The translations under genes were made by a program, and so were the position numbers. Source: Rhabdothermincola salaria (GTDB lineage: Bacteria > Actinomycetota > Acidimicrobiia > Acidimicrobiales > Acidimicrobilacustridaceae). Taken from it: a DNA stretch of 64,000 nucleotides. The stretch spans positions 186,001-250,000 of the forward strand of contig NZ_JAJQXW010000002.1 in assembly GCF_021246445.1 (NCBI RefSeq). Direction: 5' to 3'. The notes under the pieces were generated by a model. The model was not told the origin of the DNA and did no database searches. It saw only the letters and a program-made list of their open reading frames with translations. Position 1 is the stretch's first letter. Every line of letters begins with the position of its first letter. Positions 49,000-57,903 of the stretch are shown one piece after another.

Positions 49000-50439
49000 T
49001 CAGCGGGCCGCAGGGGCCGGCTGCTTCTCCCGGGCGCTCACCCCGCGCCGGCGACGAGGCAGCATCACGGCGAGCTCGGCGTTCTCGTCGGGGTCGAGGA
49101 CGCTGTGCTGCACGCACGCCGGGACGATCTCGCCGGTCTCGGGATGCCCCATGGCGTAGGCACAGGCCTCGAGGCGCTCCTGGGCCGCCCGCAGACGCGG
49201 GTCGTCGAGCCGCTGGCCGCGCTGGAGCGCGGCCCACGCCGGCCCCACCTCGGCGGCGTCGATGAAGCTGTGCATCACATAGGTGGTCGGGTGCACCCCT
49301 CGGGTGAAGGCTCGCGGGCCGCCGCCGCGACGCACCGTGCGCGCCACCCAGGACGCGGCAGTGGGGATGTCGCGGCGGTTGGCGGCCACGATCCGGGCCA
49401 GACGGGTGACCATCACGGCCCGGGACGCGAACAGGAAGTTCCCCGGCAACGCCCGGTAGAGCGCATCTCTGGCTTCGGCATCGGCGGCGTGGTCGTCCTC
49501 GAAGACCGGCGTGTAGCGGCCATCGACCCACAGGCCCCAGGTGGCCCGGTTGCAGCGCAGGTCCCCCATCTGCATCGCCCGGTACGGCAGGTCGCGCCCG
49601 ACGCCGCGTTCGACCTCGGCCCACACGGCATCGTCGGTGACGGCCCGGTAGTCGGCGTCCCATCGTCGGTCGTTGCCCACGTGCGCGGCCGGCTGGAACG
49701 AGAACACCCGGTAGCCCATGGCGCGGCAGTCGCGCACCACTCCGGCGATCTGGCCGAGGTTGGCGGGGGTCACGGTCATGTTGTGGGCGAGGTGGTGGCG
49801 GACCCCGTGCTCACGACGGAGCCGATCGAACATCTCCACCGTCCGTCGGCGAAAGACGTTGAGCTCGGCCTCGCTCTCGGGGTGGGGTGCGCCGGTGCGG
49901 CCGTGCATGGTGGAGTCGATGTGGATGGCGAAGGCCAGCGCGTCGAACCGCCGGCGCCCGTCGGGACGGACGGCCAACCGCCGGAGGTACTCGTAGTCGA
50001 AGTCGCCATGGCTGAAGCTCATCGGGAAGCGCTCGTGGCGGCGCATGACCTCGAGCGCCTCGGCGTGGTCCTCGGGGTCGAGGAGGGTGGCCTCGCCCCC
50101 GATGAGCTGGGCGTGCACCCCCGGGCCTCGGGTCCGGCGCAGGAACGCCATCTGCTGGTCGATCTGCTCGACGGTGTGACGACCGTCGACCCGGACCTTG
50201 TTGGCGTCGGCGGAGTGGTAGCAGGGCTTGCAGGCGAAGTCGCACGCCGGGAACACCCCGTGGGTGCCCTCGCACCCGGTGAGCTTGCGTCCCATCAGCT
50301 GGGCGGGGTTGCGCACGTGCTCGGGGAGCTCGGCCCAGCGGCGGGCGAGGGCCTCGGCCACCTCGGGCGTCACCGGACGCGTGCGGCGCTCCAGGGCACG
50401 GAGACGGGACCAGATGGCGGAGGAACGGGGACTGGTCAT
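49000..50439 (-). CDS. Radical SAM protein, uncharacterised family
   Basis: CDFACKPC, QLIGGE; further Cys in RCNRATW and CAYAM..VPACVQH; GAGG RBS. Confidence 0.85.
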   Translation of the reverse strand: MTSPRSSAIWSRLRALERRTRPVTPEVAEALARRWAELPEHVRNPAQLMGRKLTGCEGTHGVFPACDFACKPCYHSADANKVRVDGRHTVEQIDQQMAFLRRTRGPGVHAQLIGGEATLLDPEDHAEALEVMRRHERFPMSFSHGDFDYEYLRRLAVRPDGRRRFDALAFAIHIDSTMHGRTGAPHPESEAELNVFRRRTVEMFDRLRREHGVRHHLAHNMTVTPANLGQIAGVVRDCRAMGYRVFSFQPAAHVGNDRRWDADYRAVTDDAVWAEVERGVGRDLPYRAMQMGDLRCNRATWGLWVDGRYTPVFEDDHAADAEARDALYRALPGNFLFASRAVMVTRLARIVAANRRDIPTAASWVARTVRRGGGPRAFTRGVHPTTYVMHSFIDAAEVGPAWAALQRGQRLDDPRLRAAQERLEACAYAMGHPETGEIVPACVQHSVLDPDENAELAVMLPRRRRGVSAREKQPAPAAR

Positions 50440-50545
50440 GGTGCACCTCGGCGGCGGCGAACGGGGTTGGTGGGCGCTCGGCGGCCGACCGCACCCGGGG
50501 GCAGTGAAGCCTGGTCGTTCGCCGCTGTCGACCATCGTGTGCTGC

Positions 50546-50728
50546 TCACGACCCGGCCCTCGCGGCCATCGACCGGAGCGAACGCCGGACGCGTCGCATC
50601 GTCTCCAGGTGGTTCCGACACCGGGCACACTCCGCCAGGTGTACCTCGACGCGACGGGTCGCTCGCCGCTCCAACTCGGTGTCGAAGTAGGCGTCGAGCG
50701 CTCGTCGGGGGTGACGGAACCATCGCAT
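50546..50728 (-). CDS. Small zf-HC2 anti-sigma factor-like protein (60 aa)
   Basis: LDAYFDTEL..VEVHLAECARC. Confidence 0.75.
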   Translation of the reverse strand: MRWFRHPRRALDAYFDTELERRATRRVEVHLAECARCRNHLETMRRVRRSLRSMAARAGS

Positions 50729-50737
50729 CGTCCCCGG

Positions 50738-50763
50738 AACCCGACAGCGACGCCGACGATTCC
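50738..50763 (-). promoter_or_regulatory. ECF promoter, probably leaderless
   Basis: GGAAT-N17-GGTT, 9 nt before ATG 50728. Confidence 0.75.
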
Positions 50764-50773
50764 CTAGCGTGCG

Positions 50774-50799
50774 GGAATCTGTCGGACGACCACCGGGTT
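50774..50799 (+). promoter_or_regulatory. ECF autoregulatory promoter
   Basis: GGAAT-N17-GGTT directly upstream of the sigma gene. Confidence 0.75.
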
Positions 50800-50822
50800 C
50801 CGGCACCGTGGAGGAGACCTGC

Positions 50823-51368
50823 GTGCCCGCACCGATCGACGCCGAAGCCGCGTTCGAGACGTACGTGCTGCCCGAGGTCGAGGTGCTCTACCGCGTCGCC
50901 CGCTCCATCACCCGCCATGACGCCGACGCCGAGGACCTGGTGCAGGACACCATGCTGCGCGCCTTTCGCAGCATCGAGCGCTTCGACGGCCGCCACCCCC
51001 GGGCGTGGTTGCTCACCATCATGCGCAACGCGCAGATCAACCGGGTGCGACGGCGGCGGCCCGGTCTGCTCGACGATCCCGACGACGCGTCCGACCGACG
51101 CATCGCCATGGCCGATGGGGGGCCCGGACCCGAAGAGCAGGTCCTCGACCGCGGGTTCGACGCCGTCGTCGAATCGGCCTACCTCGATCTTCCCGAGATG
51201 TTCCGGGAGGTCATCGACCTCGTCGACCTCGCCGGGCTCTCCTACCAGGAGGCCGCCGTCGTGCTGGAGGTCCCCCAGGGCACCGTCATGAGCCGGCTGC
51301 ACCGAGGTCGGAAGCGGATCCGCGAGTCACTCGCCGCGGCGGGGTTCAAGAGAGGAAACCGGCGATGA
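50823..51368 (+). CDS. ECF sigma factor (SigR/SigH-like)
   Basis: DAEDLVQDT.LRAFR..AWL.TIMRN..SYQEAA..GTVMSRLHRGR; GGAGGAG RBS (alternative start GTG 50808). Confidence 0.92.
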   Translation: MPAPIDAEAAFETYVLPEVEVLYRVARSITRHDADAEDLVQDTMLRAFRSIERFDGRHPRAWLLTIMRNAQINRVRRRRPGLLDDPDDASDRRIAMADGGPGPEEQVLDRGFDAVVESAYLDLPEMFREVIDLVDLAGLSYQEAAVVLEVPQGTVMSRLHRGRKRIRESLAAAGFKRGNRR

Positions 51369-51658
51369 AGCTGCTGCGACGGCTGATGGGACGACGAAGC
51401 GAGCTCTCCTGCGCGGAGGTCGCGGCGGTCCTGCAGAGCTACCTCGATGACGAGCTCGACGCCCAGACCGCCGAGAAGGTGCACGAGCACCTCGAGGAGT
51501 GCCGCCGGTGCGGGATGGAGGCGGCGACGTACGAGGAGTTGAAGGCCGCGCTGCGACGCGGCCCCGACGGCCTCACCGACGAACCGGTCCGACGCCTGAG
51601 GGAGTTCGGCGAGCGCCTCGCTCACGGCGAGGTGGACCCGGAGCAACTCGGTCGTTGA
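51365..51658 (+). CDS. zf-HC2 anti-sigma factor
   Basis: SCAEV..YLDDEL..HLEECRRC; ATGA overlap. Confidence 0.9.
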   Translation: MKLLRRLMGRRSELSCAEVAAVLQSYLDDELDAQTAEKVHEHLEECRRCGMEAATYEELKAALRRGPDGLTDEPVRRLREFGERLAHGEVDPEQLGR

Positions 51659-51715
51659 CCCTCCGGTCGGACCGACCGACGGAGTCCGACGCCAGCGTCG
51701 CCGGGCCGGACGTGC

Positions 51716-53272
51716 TCAGCCCTCGAGGCTCCCGGCGCCGACCTCGAGCTCGCCCCAACCAGCGGGCAGGGCCTCGGGACAGATGAGCCCCGGCGCCGAG
51801 GCTCGGCGCCCCACCTCCTCCAGGCCCCGGCGGAGGGAGGGACGGTCGAGCTCGGCCAGCACGAGCTCCACGGCGCCCGGATCCCACTGGGTGCCGGCCC
51901 CTTCCTCGAGCACGGCCCGGGCCCGGTCACCGCTCCGACCGGCGCGGTACTGCCGGTCGTTCGTCATGGCGTCCCACGCATCCACCACGCTGATGATGGC
52001 GACCTCGAGGGGGATCTCGTCGCCGGCCAGCCCGTCGGGGTAGCCATGGCCGTCGTGGCGCTCGTGGTGCCCGCGCACGAGCGGGGCGACCGCGGCCAGC
52101 TCCGGATCGCACGCGAGCAGCGCCGCACCCCTCGCCGGGTGCCCCTTGATCACCGAGTACTCCTCGGCCGTGAGCTTCCCCGGCTTGGTCAAGATGTCCG
52201 ACGGGATGACCAGCTTGCCGACGTCGTGGAGCAGCGCCCCCAACCCGAGCGCGCGCAGACGGCGGGGCGCGAGCCCGGCCCGCTCGCCCACCCGCAGGGC
52301 CAGGGCCGAGACCCGCACGACGTGGTCCCTGGTGATCTGGTCCTTGCGATCGAGCGCGGCAACGAAGGCATGGATCTCGGGGCGCAGACCGAGCTCGAGC
52401 GCACCGATCGGGTCGCCGGCGATGAGAGGGGCGATCGTCGCGGCCAGGGTGCGGTTGCGGAGCGCCAGCACGAGTCCGGCCCCGACGGCCACCAGCACCG
52501 AAGCCGCCTGGACCCCGTGGGCGGCCCACCACGCCGGCGACCACGTCGGCGCCGTGAGCCCGACGACCATGGCCACGCCGAGCCAGGCCAGCGCGACCAG
52601 CGCCACCCCGGTGACGGCCCCTCGACCGACGAGGTGAAGGCGGGCCTGACGGGCCACGAGCGCGGCGACGGCGAGGACGTTGACGGCGACGAGCGCCCTC
52701 TGCGTCCAACCGCTCGCGTCCGGGAGCAGCCCGAGGTCCTGCGCGCCGACCAGGGCGCCGACGACCACCGGGATCAGGACCAGCCCGAGGACGACCCAGG
52801 CCCGCCAGCGATGACCGAGATGGCGGAGCCACGGCCGTCGGGACCGCGGCCCCATCACCGGTAGGAGCCCGACCGCACCGATCGGCACGGCCACGGCCAT
52901 CGTGAACCCGGCCAGAGGCTCCGCCCGGGCGATCAGGGCCGCGCCGTAGACCCCCGTCAGCACCGAGAGCACCCCGAACGCCAGGCCGGTCAGGGCGATC
53001 TCGGCGAGCGCCCCGCGCCACCCCTTCCACAGCAAGAACAACGACGCCAACAGGCAGGCGACCGCCGACCCCACGACCAGTCCGCCGGCCACGTCGGGCG
53101 ACGCGACCCATCCGCCCCGTGCGGGGTCGGTCGAGACCGCCAGCAGCACCAGCGCGGCGAGCGCGGCGAGCGCCACCACCTCGAGGTCCCTCGGACGGGT
53201 TCCCGTCGACCGTTCGTGGTCCTTCGCCGAGCGCAGATCCGCCCGACCGCCCTGTTCACGCCGTGATGTCAC
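51716..53272 (-). CDS. Multi-pass membrane HD-GYP phosphodiesterase
   Basis: LLHDVGK, HHERHDGHGYP; start inferred from promoter spacing. Confidence 0.85.
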   Translation of the reverse strand: MTSRREQGGRADLRSAKDHERSTGTRPRDLEVVALAALAALVLLAVSTDPARGGWVASPDVAGGLVVGSAVACLLASLFLLWKGWRGALAEIALTGLAFGVLSVLTGVYGAALIARAEPLAGFTMAVAVPIGAVGLLPVMGPRSRRPWLRHLGHRWRAWVVLGLVLIPVVVGALVGAQDLGLLPDASGWTQRALVAVNVLAVAALVARQARLHLVGRGAVTGVALVALAWLGVAMVVGLTAPTWSPAWWAAHGVQAASVLVAVGAGLVLALRNRTLAATIAPLIAGDPIGALELGLRPEIHAFVAALDRKDQITRDHVVRVSALALRVGERAGLAPRRLRALGLGALLHDVGKLVIPSDILTKPGKLTAEEYSVIKGHPARGAALLACDPELAAVAPLVRGHHERHDGHGYPDGLAGDEIPLEVAIISVVDAWDAMTNDRQYRAGRSGDRARAVLEEGAGTQWDPGAVELVLAELDRPSLRRGLEEVGRRASAPGLICPEALPAGWGELEVGAGSLEG

Positions 53273-53280
53273 CACCAGTG

Positions 53281-53307
53281 AACCCGCCGCCACCGCGAGT
53301 CCATTCC
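53281..53307 (-). promoter_or_regulatory. ECF promoter, probably leaderless
   Basis: GGAAT-N18-GGTT, 8 nt before in-frame GTG 53272. Confidence 0.65.
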
Positions 53308-53428
53308 CTCGGGTCGTGACCGAGCCGGCGGCCTCGACGACACCATGTAGGGGCGCCGTCGCGCCGCCCGGCCCGGCGAGGCCACCGGCGCACGACGCTC
53401 GTGGTCCGTCCCCGCCGAGCGGCGCGCG

Positions 53429-53454
53429 GGAATCCGGCCGGCCACCACGGGGTT
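53429..53454 (+). promoter_or_regulatory. ECF promoter, probably leaderless
   Basis: GGAAT-N17-GGTT, 8 nt before ATG 53463. Confidence 0.75.
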
Positions 53455-53462
53455 CCCGACCC

Positions 53463-54647
53463 ATGCGCACCCCCGCCGCCCTCCTCGCCGGAGCCCTGTT
53501 CCTGGCCGGTTGTGCCGGGACGGCCACCGATGACACCGCCTCGCAGCCCTCCGGGCCGGCGCCCACGCCGGTCACCGTGACCCAGATCGAACCCGGCCCC
53601 CGAGAGGACGTGCCGTCGGCCCTGGGGAACCCCGCGGCGGAGGGGCTGCCGACCCCGCTCGTCGATCCGGAGGCGATCATCTCCGGCGGCCCTCCCCCGG
53701 ATGGCATCCCCCCGATCGACGAGCCCACGTTCCTCGAGACCGACGAGGTGGACTTCATCGCCGACGAGGAGCCCGTCCTCGCCTTCGAACTGGAGGGGGA
53801 CGCCCGGGCGTACCCGATCCAGGTGCTGATCTGGCACGAGATCGTCAACGACACCGTAGGCGGGGTCCCCGTGACCGTCACCTACTGCCCCCTGTGCAAC
53901 ACGGCCGTGGCCGTCGACCGGCGCGTGGACGACCGCACCCTCAGCTTCAGCACCTCGGGCAGCCTGTACCAGAGCGCCTTGGTGATGTACGACCGCCAGA
54001 CCGAGTCGCTCTGGAGCCACTTCACCGGCGAGGCGATCGCTGGGGTCCTCACCGGCGAGCAACTCGACCGCCACCCAGTGGCGACCGTGGCCTGGAAGGA
54101 CTGGCGCGAGGCCAACCCCGACGGCCTGGTCCTCTCCCGCGAGACGGGCCACGACCGGTCCTACGGCCGCAACCCCTACCCCGGCTACGACGACGTGAAC
54201 AGCGAGCCGTTCCTCTTCGAAGGTGAGACCGACGGCCGGCTGGCCGCCAAGACCCGAGTCGTCGGCGTGGGCCTCGACGCCGAGCCCACCGCCATCCGCC
54301 TCGAGCCGCTCCTCGACGAAGGAGTCCTCGAGCTCGAGCTCGACGGTGAGCCGGCGGTGGCGTGGGCTCTGCCCGGCACGGCCTCGGCGCTCGACGCCGG
54401 CGATGTGCCCGACGGCCGCGATGTCGGTGCCACCGGCGTGTTCTCCCGCACGGTCGACGGGCAGGACCTGACATTCAGCCGCACCGACGACGGCTTCCGC
54501 GACGACGAGACCGGCTCGGCGTGGAACGTGCTCGGCCAGGCGACCAGCGGGCCCCTCGAGGGCAGCCAGCTGCGGGCCTTCGAACACGTCGACACCTTCT
54601 GGTTCGCGTGGGCGGCCTTCGCCCCCGAGACCCGTGTGCTTCCCTGA
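53463..54647 (+). CDS. DUF3179 domain lipoprotein
   Basis: Lipobox LAGC; SGGPPPDGIPPID, RAYP..LIWHEIVND, TYCPLC, SG.LYQS..MYDRQTESLW, FWFAW. Confidence 0.88.
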   Translation: MRTPAALLAGALFLAGCAGTATDDTASQPSGPAPTPVTVTQIEPGPREDVPSALGNPAAEGLPTPLVDPEAIISGGPPPDGIPPIDEPTFLETDEVDFIADEEPVLAFELEGDARAYPIQVLIWHEIVNDTVGGVPVTVTYCPLCNTAVAVDRRVDDRTLSFSTSGSLYQSALVMYDRQTESLWSHFTGEAIAGVLTGEQLDRHPVATVAWKDWREANPDGLVLSRETGHDRSYGRNPYPGYDDVNSEPFLFEGETDGRLAAKTRVVGVGLDAEPTAIRLEPLLDEGVLELELDGEPAVAWALPGTASALDAGDVPDGRDVGATGVFSRTVDGQDLTFSRTDDGFRDDETGSAWNVLGQATSGPLEGSQLRAFEHVDTFWFAWAAFAPETRVLP

Positions 54648-54691
54648 GCCTCGTTCCGTCTTGCCCCGACCTCCACGACCAGGAGCACCCC

Positions 54692-55438
54692 TTGCCCACC
54701 GATCCAGTCGCTTCCCCCTCTCAGGGCAACCCGCCATGGGACTTCTCCGACCTCTCGGCCCTCTTCGTGAACTGCACCCTCAAGCCGTCGCCGCAGCCAT
54801 CGCACACCGAGGGGCTGGCGCGCATCGCCACCGACATCCTCGAGGCCAACGGAGTCGAGGTGGAGATGGTGCGCGCCGTCGACCTCGACCTCCCGCCGGG
54901 GGTGCAGCCCGACATGACCGAGCACGGCGCCGCATCAGACGGCTGGCCCGACCTCTACCGCAAGGTCATGGCCGCCGACATCCTCGTCATCATGACCCCC
55001 ATCTGGTTGGGCGAGAAGTCCTCCGTCTGCACGAGGCTCGTCGAACGCCTCTACGGGTCCTCGAGCCTGCTCAACGAGGTCGGGCAGTACGCCTACTACG
55101 GGCGGGTCGGGGGCTGCCTCGTCACCGGCAACGAGGACGGCGCCAAGCACTGCGCCATGAACGTCCTCTACTCGTTGCAGCACCTCGGCTTCACCATCCC
55201 GCCACAGGCCGACGCGGCGTGGCTCGGCGAGGTCGGGCCCGGACCGTCGTACCTCGATGAGGGGTCGGGCGGACCGGAGAACGACTTCACCAACCGCAAC
55301 ACCTCGTTCATGACCTGGAACCTCATGCACACCGCCCGCCTGTTGCGCGACGCCGGTGGTTTCCCGGCTCAGGGCAATCAGCGCACGGCATGGGACGAGG
55401 GCCAACGCCTCGACGCCCCCAACCCCGAGTACCGCTGA
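54692..55438 (+). CDS. Flavodoxin-fold NAD(P)H-dependent oxidoreductase
   Basis: NCTLKPSP..SHT, TPIWLGE, TGNEDG; AGGAG before TTG. Confidence 0.8.
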   Translation: MPTDPVASPSQGNPPWDFSDLSALFVNCTLKPSPQPSHTEGLARIATDILEANGVEVEMVRAVDLDLPPGVQPDMTEHGAASDGWPDLYRKVMAADILVIMTPIWLGEKSSVCTRLVERLYGSSSLLNEVGQYAYYGRVGGCLVTGNEDGAKHCAMNVLYSLQHLGFTIPPQADAAWLGEVGPGPSYLDEGSGGPENDFTNRNTSFMTWNLMHTARLLRDAGGFPAQGNQRTAWDEGQRLDAPNPEYR

Positions 55439-55457
55439 GAGAAATCCGCTCGGGACT

Positions 55458-55483
55458 GGAAGGCGGCGCGCCGCCAGAGGGTT
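55458..55483 (+). promoter_or_regulatory. ECF promoter, variant -35
   Basis: GGAAG-N17-GGTT upstream of the DoxX gene. Confidence 0.55.
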
Positions 55484-55521
55484 CTCCGTTCGTCAACGAA
55501 CCAACCCATGGAGCCCCAACT

Positions 55522-55998
55522 GTGAAACCGCTTTGCGCAACCCTCTCGCGACTTCGACCGGCCGCACCGATCATCCTCCGAGTCATCCTCGGTGGGCTGT
55601 TCGTGTGGCACGGGGTCGACAAGTTCCAGTCCGGGATCGACATGGTGGAGTCCATGTTCGACATGTGGGGAGTACCCCTCCCGGGCCTGGCTGCACCCCT
55701 CGTCGCCGTCGTCGAGATCGTGGGCGGCATCGCCCTCATCCTCGGCCTCATGACCCGAGCCTCGGCGATGGTGCTCTCCGTGGTGATGATCGGCGCCCTC
55801 GTCTACGTCAAGGGCGACGTCGGACTCATCCCCATGGACGCGGCCGGCGCCGAGGTGGACCTCGCCTACCTAGGTGGGCTGCTCGCCCTCGTCGCCCTCG
55901 GCCCGGGCCCGCTGTCGGTCGACATGGCCATGGGCATCGAGGCCGACGACCTCCGGCCCGCCACCACCCCGAGCGAACGCACCGCCGTCTCGGTCTGA
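55522..55998 (+). CDS. DoxX family membrane protein
   Basis: ILRVILG.LF.WHG..K, EIVGG..LILG, GPGPLSVD. Confidence 0.85.
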   Translation: MKPLCATLSRLRPAAPIILRVILGGLFVWHGVDKFQSGIDMVESMFDMWGVPLPGLAAPLVAVVEIVGGIALILGLMTRASAMVLSVVMIGALVYVKGDVGLIPMDAAGAEVDLAYLGGLLALVALGPGPLSVDMAMGIEADDLRPATTPSERTAVSV

Positions 55999-56095
55999 GC
56001 TCGCATCGGGTCGGGTGAGGTGGCCGCCGCCTCGCCCGGCCCGACCCGCGCCCCGGCCCAGGGTCGACCCCTCGGTCGACCTCTCGCCCACCGAG

Positions 56096-56272
56096 TCAGT
56101 GGAGAAGGCGCAGGCCCATCAAGCCGACGGTGAGCACCGCCGCTCCCGCCACGAAGGTCAACGCGTCGCGGTTGCGGCGGGCCAACCACAGGGCGCCGGC
56201 GAACAGGATCAGCGCGGCCACGGCCTGGACGTACACACCACCGTCGGTTCGGGGAAGGAAGAACTCACCCAT
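56096..56272 (-). CDS. Small two-TM membrane protein
   Basis: MGEFFLPRTDGGVYVQAV..; has its own ECF promoter. Confidence 0.6.
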   Translation of the reverse strand: MGEFFLPRTDGGVYVQAVAALILFAGALWLARRNRDALTFVAGAAVLTVGLMGLRLLH

Positions 56273-56302
56273 CACGGTCCTGGCAGCTGCCCATGCCCTG
56301 CG

Positions 56303-56328
56303 AACCCGGTCGGGTCGAGGGGCATTCC
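56303..56328 (-). promoter_or_regulatory. ECF promoter
   Basis: GGAAT-N17-GGTT. Confidence 0.7.
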
Positions 56329-56360
56329 CCGGCTCGAGGGGGCGACCAGGGATCCACCGA

Positions 56361-56386
56361 GGAATCGTGACGACCCGACCCGGGTT
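56361..56386 (+). promoter_or_regulatory. ECF promoter
   Basis: GGAAT-N17-GGTT. Confidence 0.75.
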
Positions 56387-56456
56387 CCCGCGTCGATCGA
56401 CGGTCCGGCCCTCGCGGCCCGACCACGACCGACAACCCCCCAACACAGGAGCGACC

Positions 56457-57857
56457 ATGGCCCCCACCACGACACCAGGATCCGACCCCACCGACACCCT
56501 CGAGACCGCCGATGTGGTGGTGCTGGGGATGGGGCCCGGCGGGGAGCACGTCGCCGGTCGGCTCGCGGAGGAAGGGCTCGACGTCGTGGGGATCGACGCC
56601 GAGCTCGTCGGGGGCGAGTGCCCCTACTGGGGATGCATCCCGTCGAAGATGATGGTGCGGGCGGCCGACCTGCTGGCCGAAGCCCACCGGATCGACGGTG
56701 TCGCCGGCCACGCCGAGGTGCACGCCGATTTCGGGCCCGTGACCCGCCGGATCCGCGACGAGGCCACCGACGACTGGGACGACACCGTCGCCGTCGAACG
56801 CTTCGAGAAGAAGGGCGGGACTTTCGTACGGGGCCGGGGCCGCCTCGTCGGTCCCGACGCCGTCGAGGTCGACGGCCGCGTCTACCGAGCCACACGCGGC
56901 GTCGTGCTCGCCACCGGCACCAGCGCCTTCATCCCACCGATCGACGGCCTGGCCGACACGCCGTACTGGACCAACCGCGAAGCCATCGCCGCCACCACCG
57001 CACCGGAGAGCATCGTCGTCCTCGGCGGGGGCGCCATCGGGGCCGAGCTGGCCCAGGTCTTCGCCCGATTCGGCTCGGCGGTCACCGTGGTCGAGGCCGC
57101 CGAGCGCCTCCTCCCCCTCGAGGAGCCCGAAGCCGGCCACCTGCTCGCCGAGGTCTTCGGCGCCGAGGGGATCGACGTGCGCACCGACGTGGCCGCCGCA
57201 CGGGTCCACCACCAGGACGGCCGGTTCGCCATCGAGCTGGCCGACAGCACGGTGGTCGACGCCGAACGCCTCCTCGTGGCCACGGGCCGACGGGCCGATC
57301 CGGCCGGCATCGGCGCCGAGCACGCGGGCATCGCGGCCGACGCCCGTTGGGTCGACGTCGACGCCGACCTCCGGGTCGCCCCGGGGGTCTGGGCCGTCGG
57401 CGACCTCACGGGCAAGGGGGCCTTCACCCACGTGGCGATGTACCAGGCCGACATCGCCATCGCCGACATCCTCGAACAGCCCCACGAGCCTGCCCGCTAC
57501 GGGGCCCTTCCCCGGGTCACCTTCACCGACCCCGAGGTCGGGTCCGTCGGCCTCTCGGAGGCCGACGCCGTGGCGGAAGGGATAACCGTGGCCGTGGGGA
57601 GCACGCAGGTGGGGTCCACCGCCCGGGGTTGGCTGCACGGTCCCGGCAACGACGGGCTCATCAAGCTGGTCGCCGATCGGGATCGTGGCGTGCTGGTGGG
57701 CGCCACCTCGATGGGTCCCGCCGGAGGGGAGGTCCTCGGGCTGCTCACCCTCGCGGTGCACGCCGAGATCCCCCTCGACGTGCTGCGCACGATGATCTAC
57801 GCCTACCCGACCTTCCACCGCGGGGTCGAGGACGCCCTGCGCGACCTCGACGCCTGA
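56457..57857 (+). CDS. Second pyridine nucleotide-disulfide oxidoreductase (Lpd-like)
   Basis: GMGPGG, GGECPYWGCIPSK, GGGAIG, YAYPT; AGGAG RBS. Confidence 0.9.
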   Translation: MAPTTTPGSDPTDTLETADVVVLGMGPGGEHVAGRLAEEGLDVVGIDAELVGGECPYWGCIPSKMMVRAADLLAEAHRIDGVAGHAEVHADFGPVTRRIRDEATDDWDDTVAVERFEKKGGTFVRGRGRLVGPDAVEVDGRVYRATRGVVLATGTSAFIPPIDGLADTPYWTNREAIAATTAPESIVVLGGGAIGAELAQVFARFGSAVTVVEAAERLLPLEEPEAGHLLAEVFGAEGIDVRTDVAAARVHHQDGRFAIELADSTVVDAERLLVATGRRADPAGIGAEHAGIAADARWVDVDADLRVAPGVWAVGDLTGKGAFTHVAMYQADIAIADILEQPHEPARYGALPRVTFTDPEVGSVGLSEADAVAEGITVAVGSTQVGSTARGWLHGPGNDGLIKLVADRDRGVLVGATSMGPAGGEVLGLLTLAVHAEIPLDVLRTMIYAYPTFHRGVEDALRDLDA

Positions 57858-57903
57858 CCGGTCGGGAGCGCCTCCGCCAGTCGGGGGCGCCTCCGCCGAC
57901 AGC

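Noticed and set aside
53463..54647. Selenoprotein recoding in DUF3179 or the redoxins
   Set aside because: All redox motifs are plain Cys (CPLC, CPFC, CTSC); no in-frame TGA was seen.
46369..57857. Mercuric reductase (merA) for either oxidoreductase
   Set aside because: No C-terminal Cys-Cys pair and no mer transport or regulator genes.
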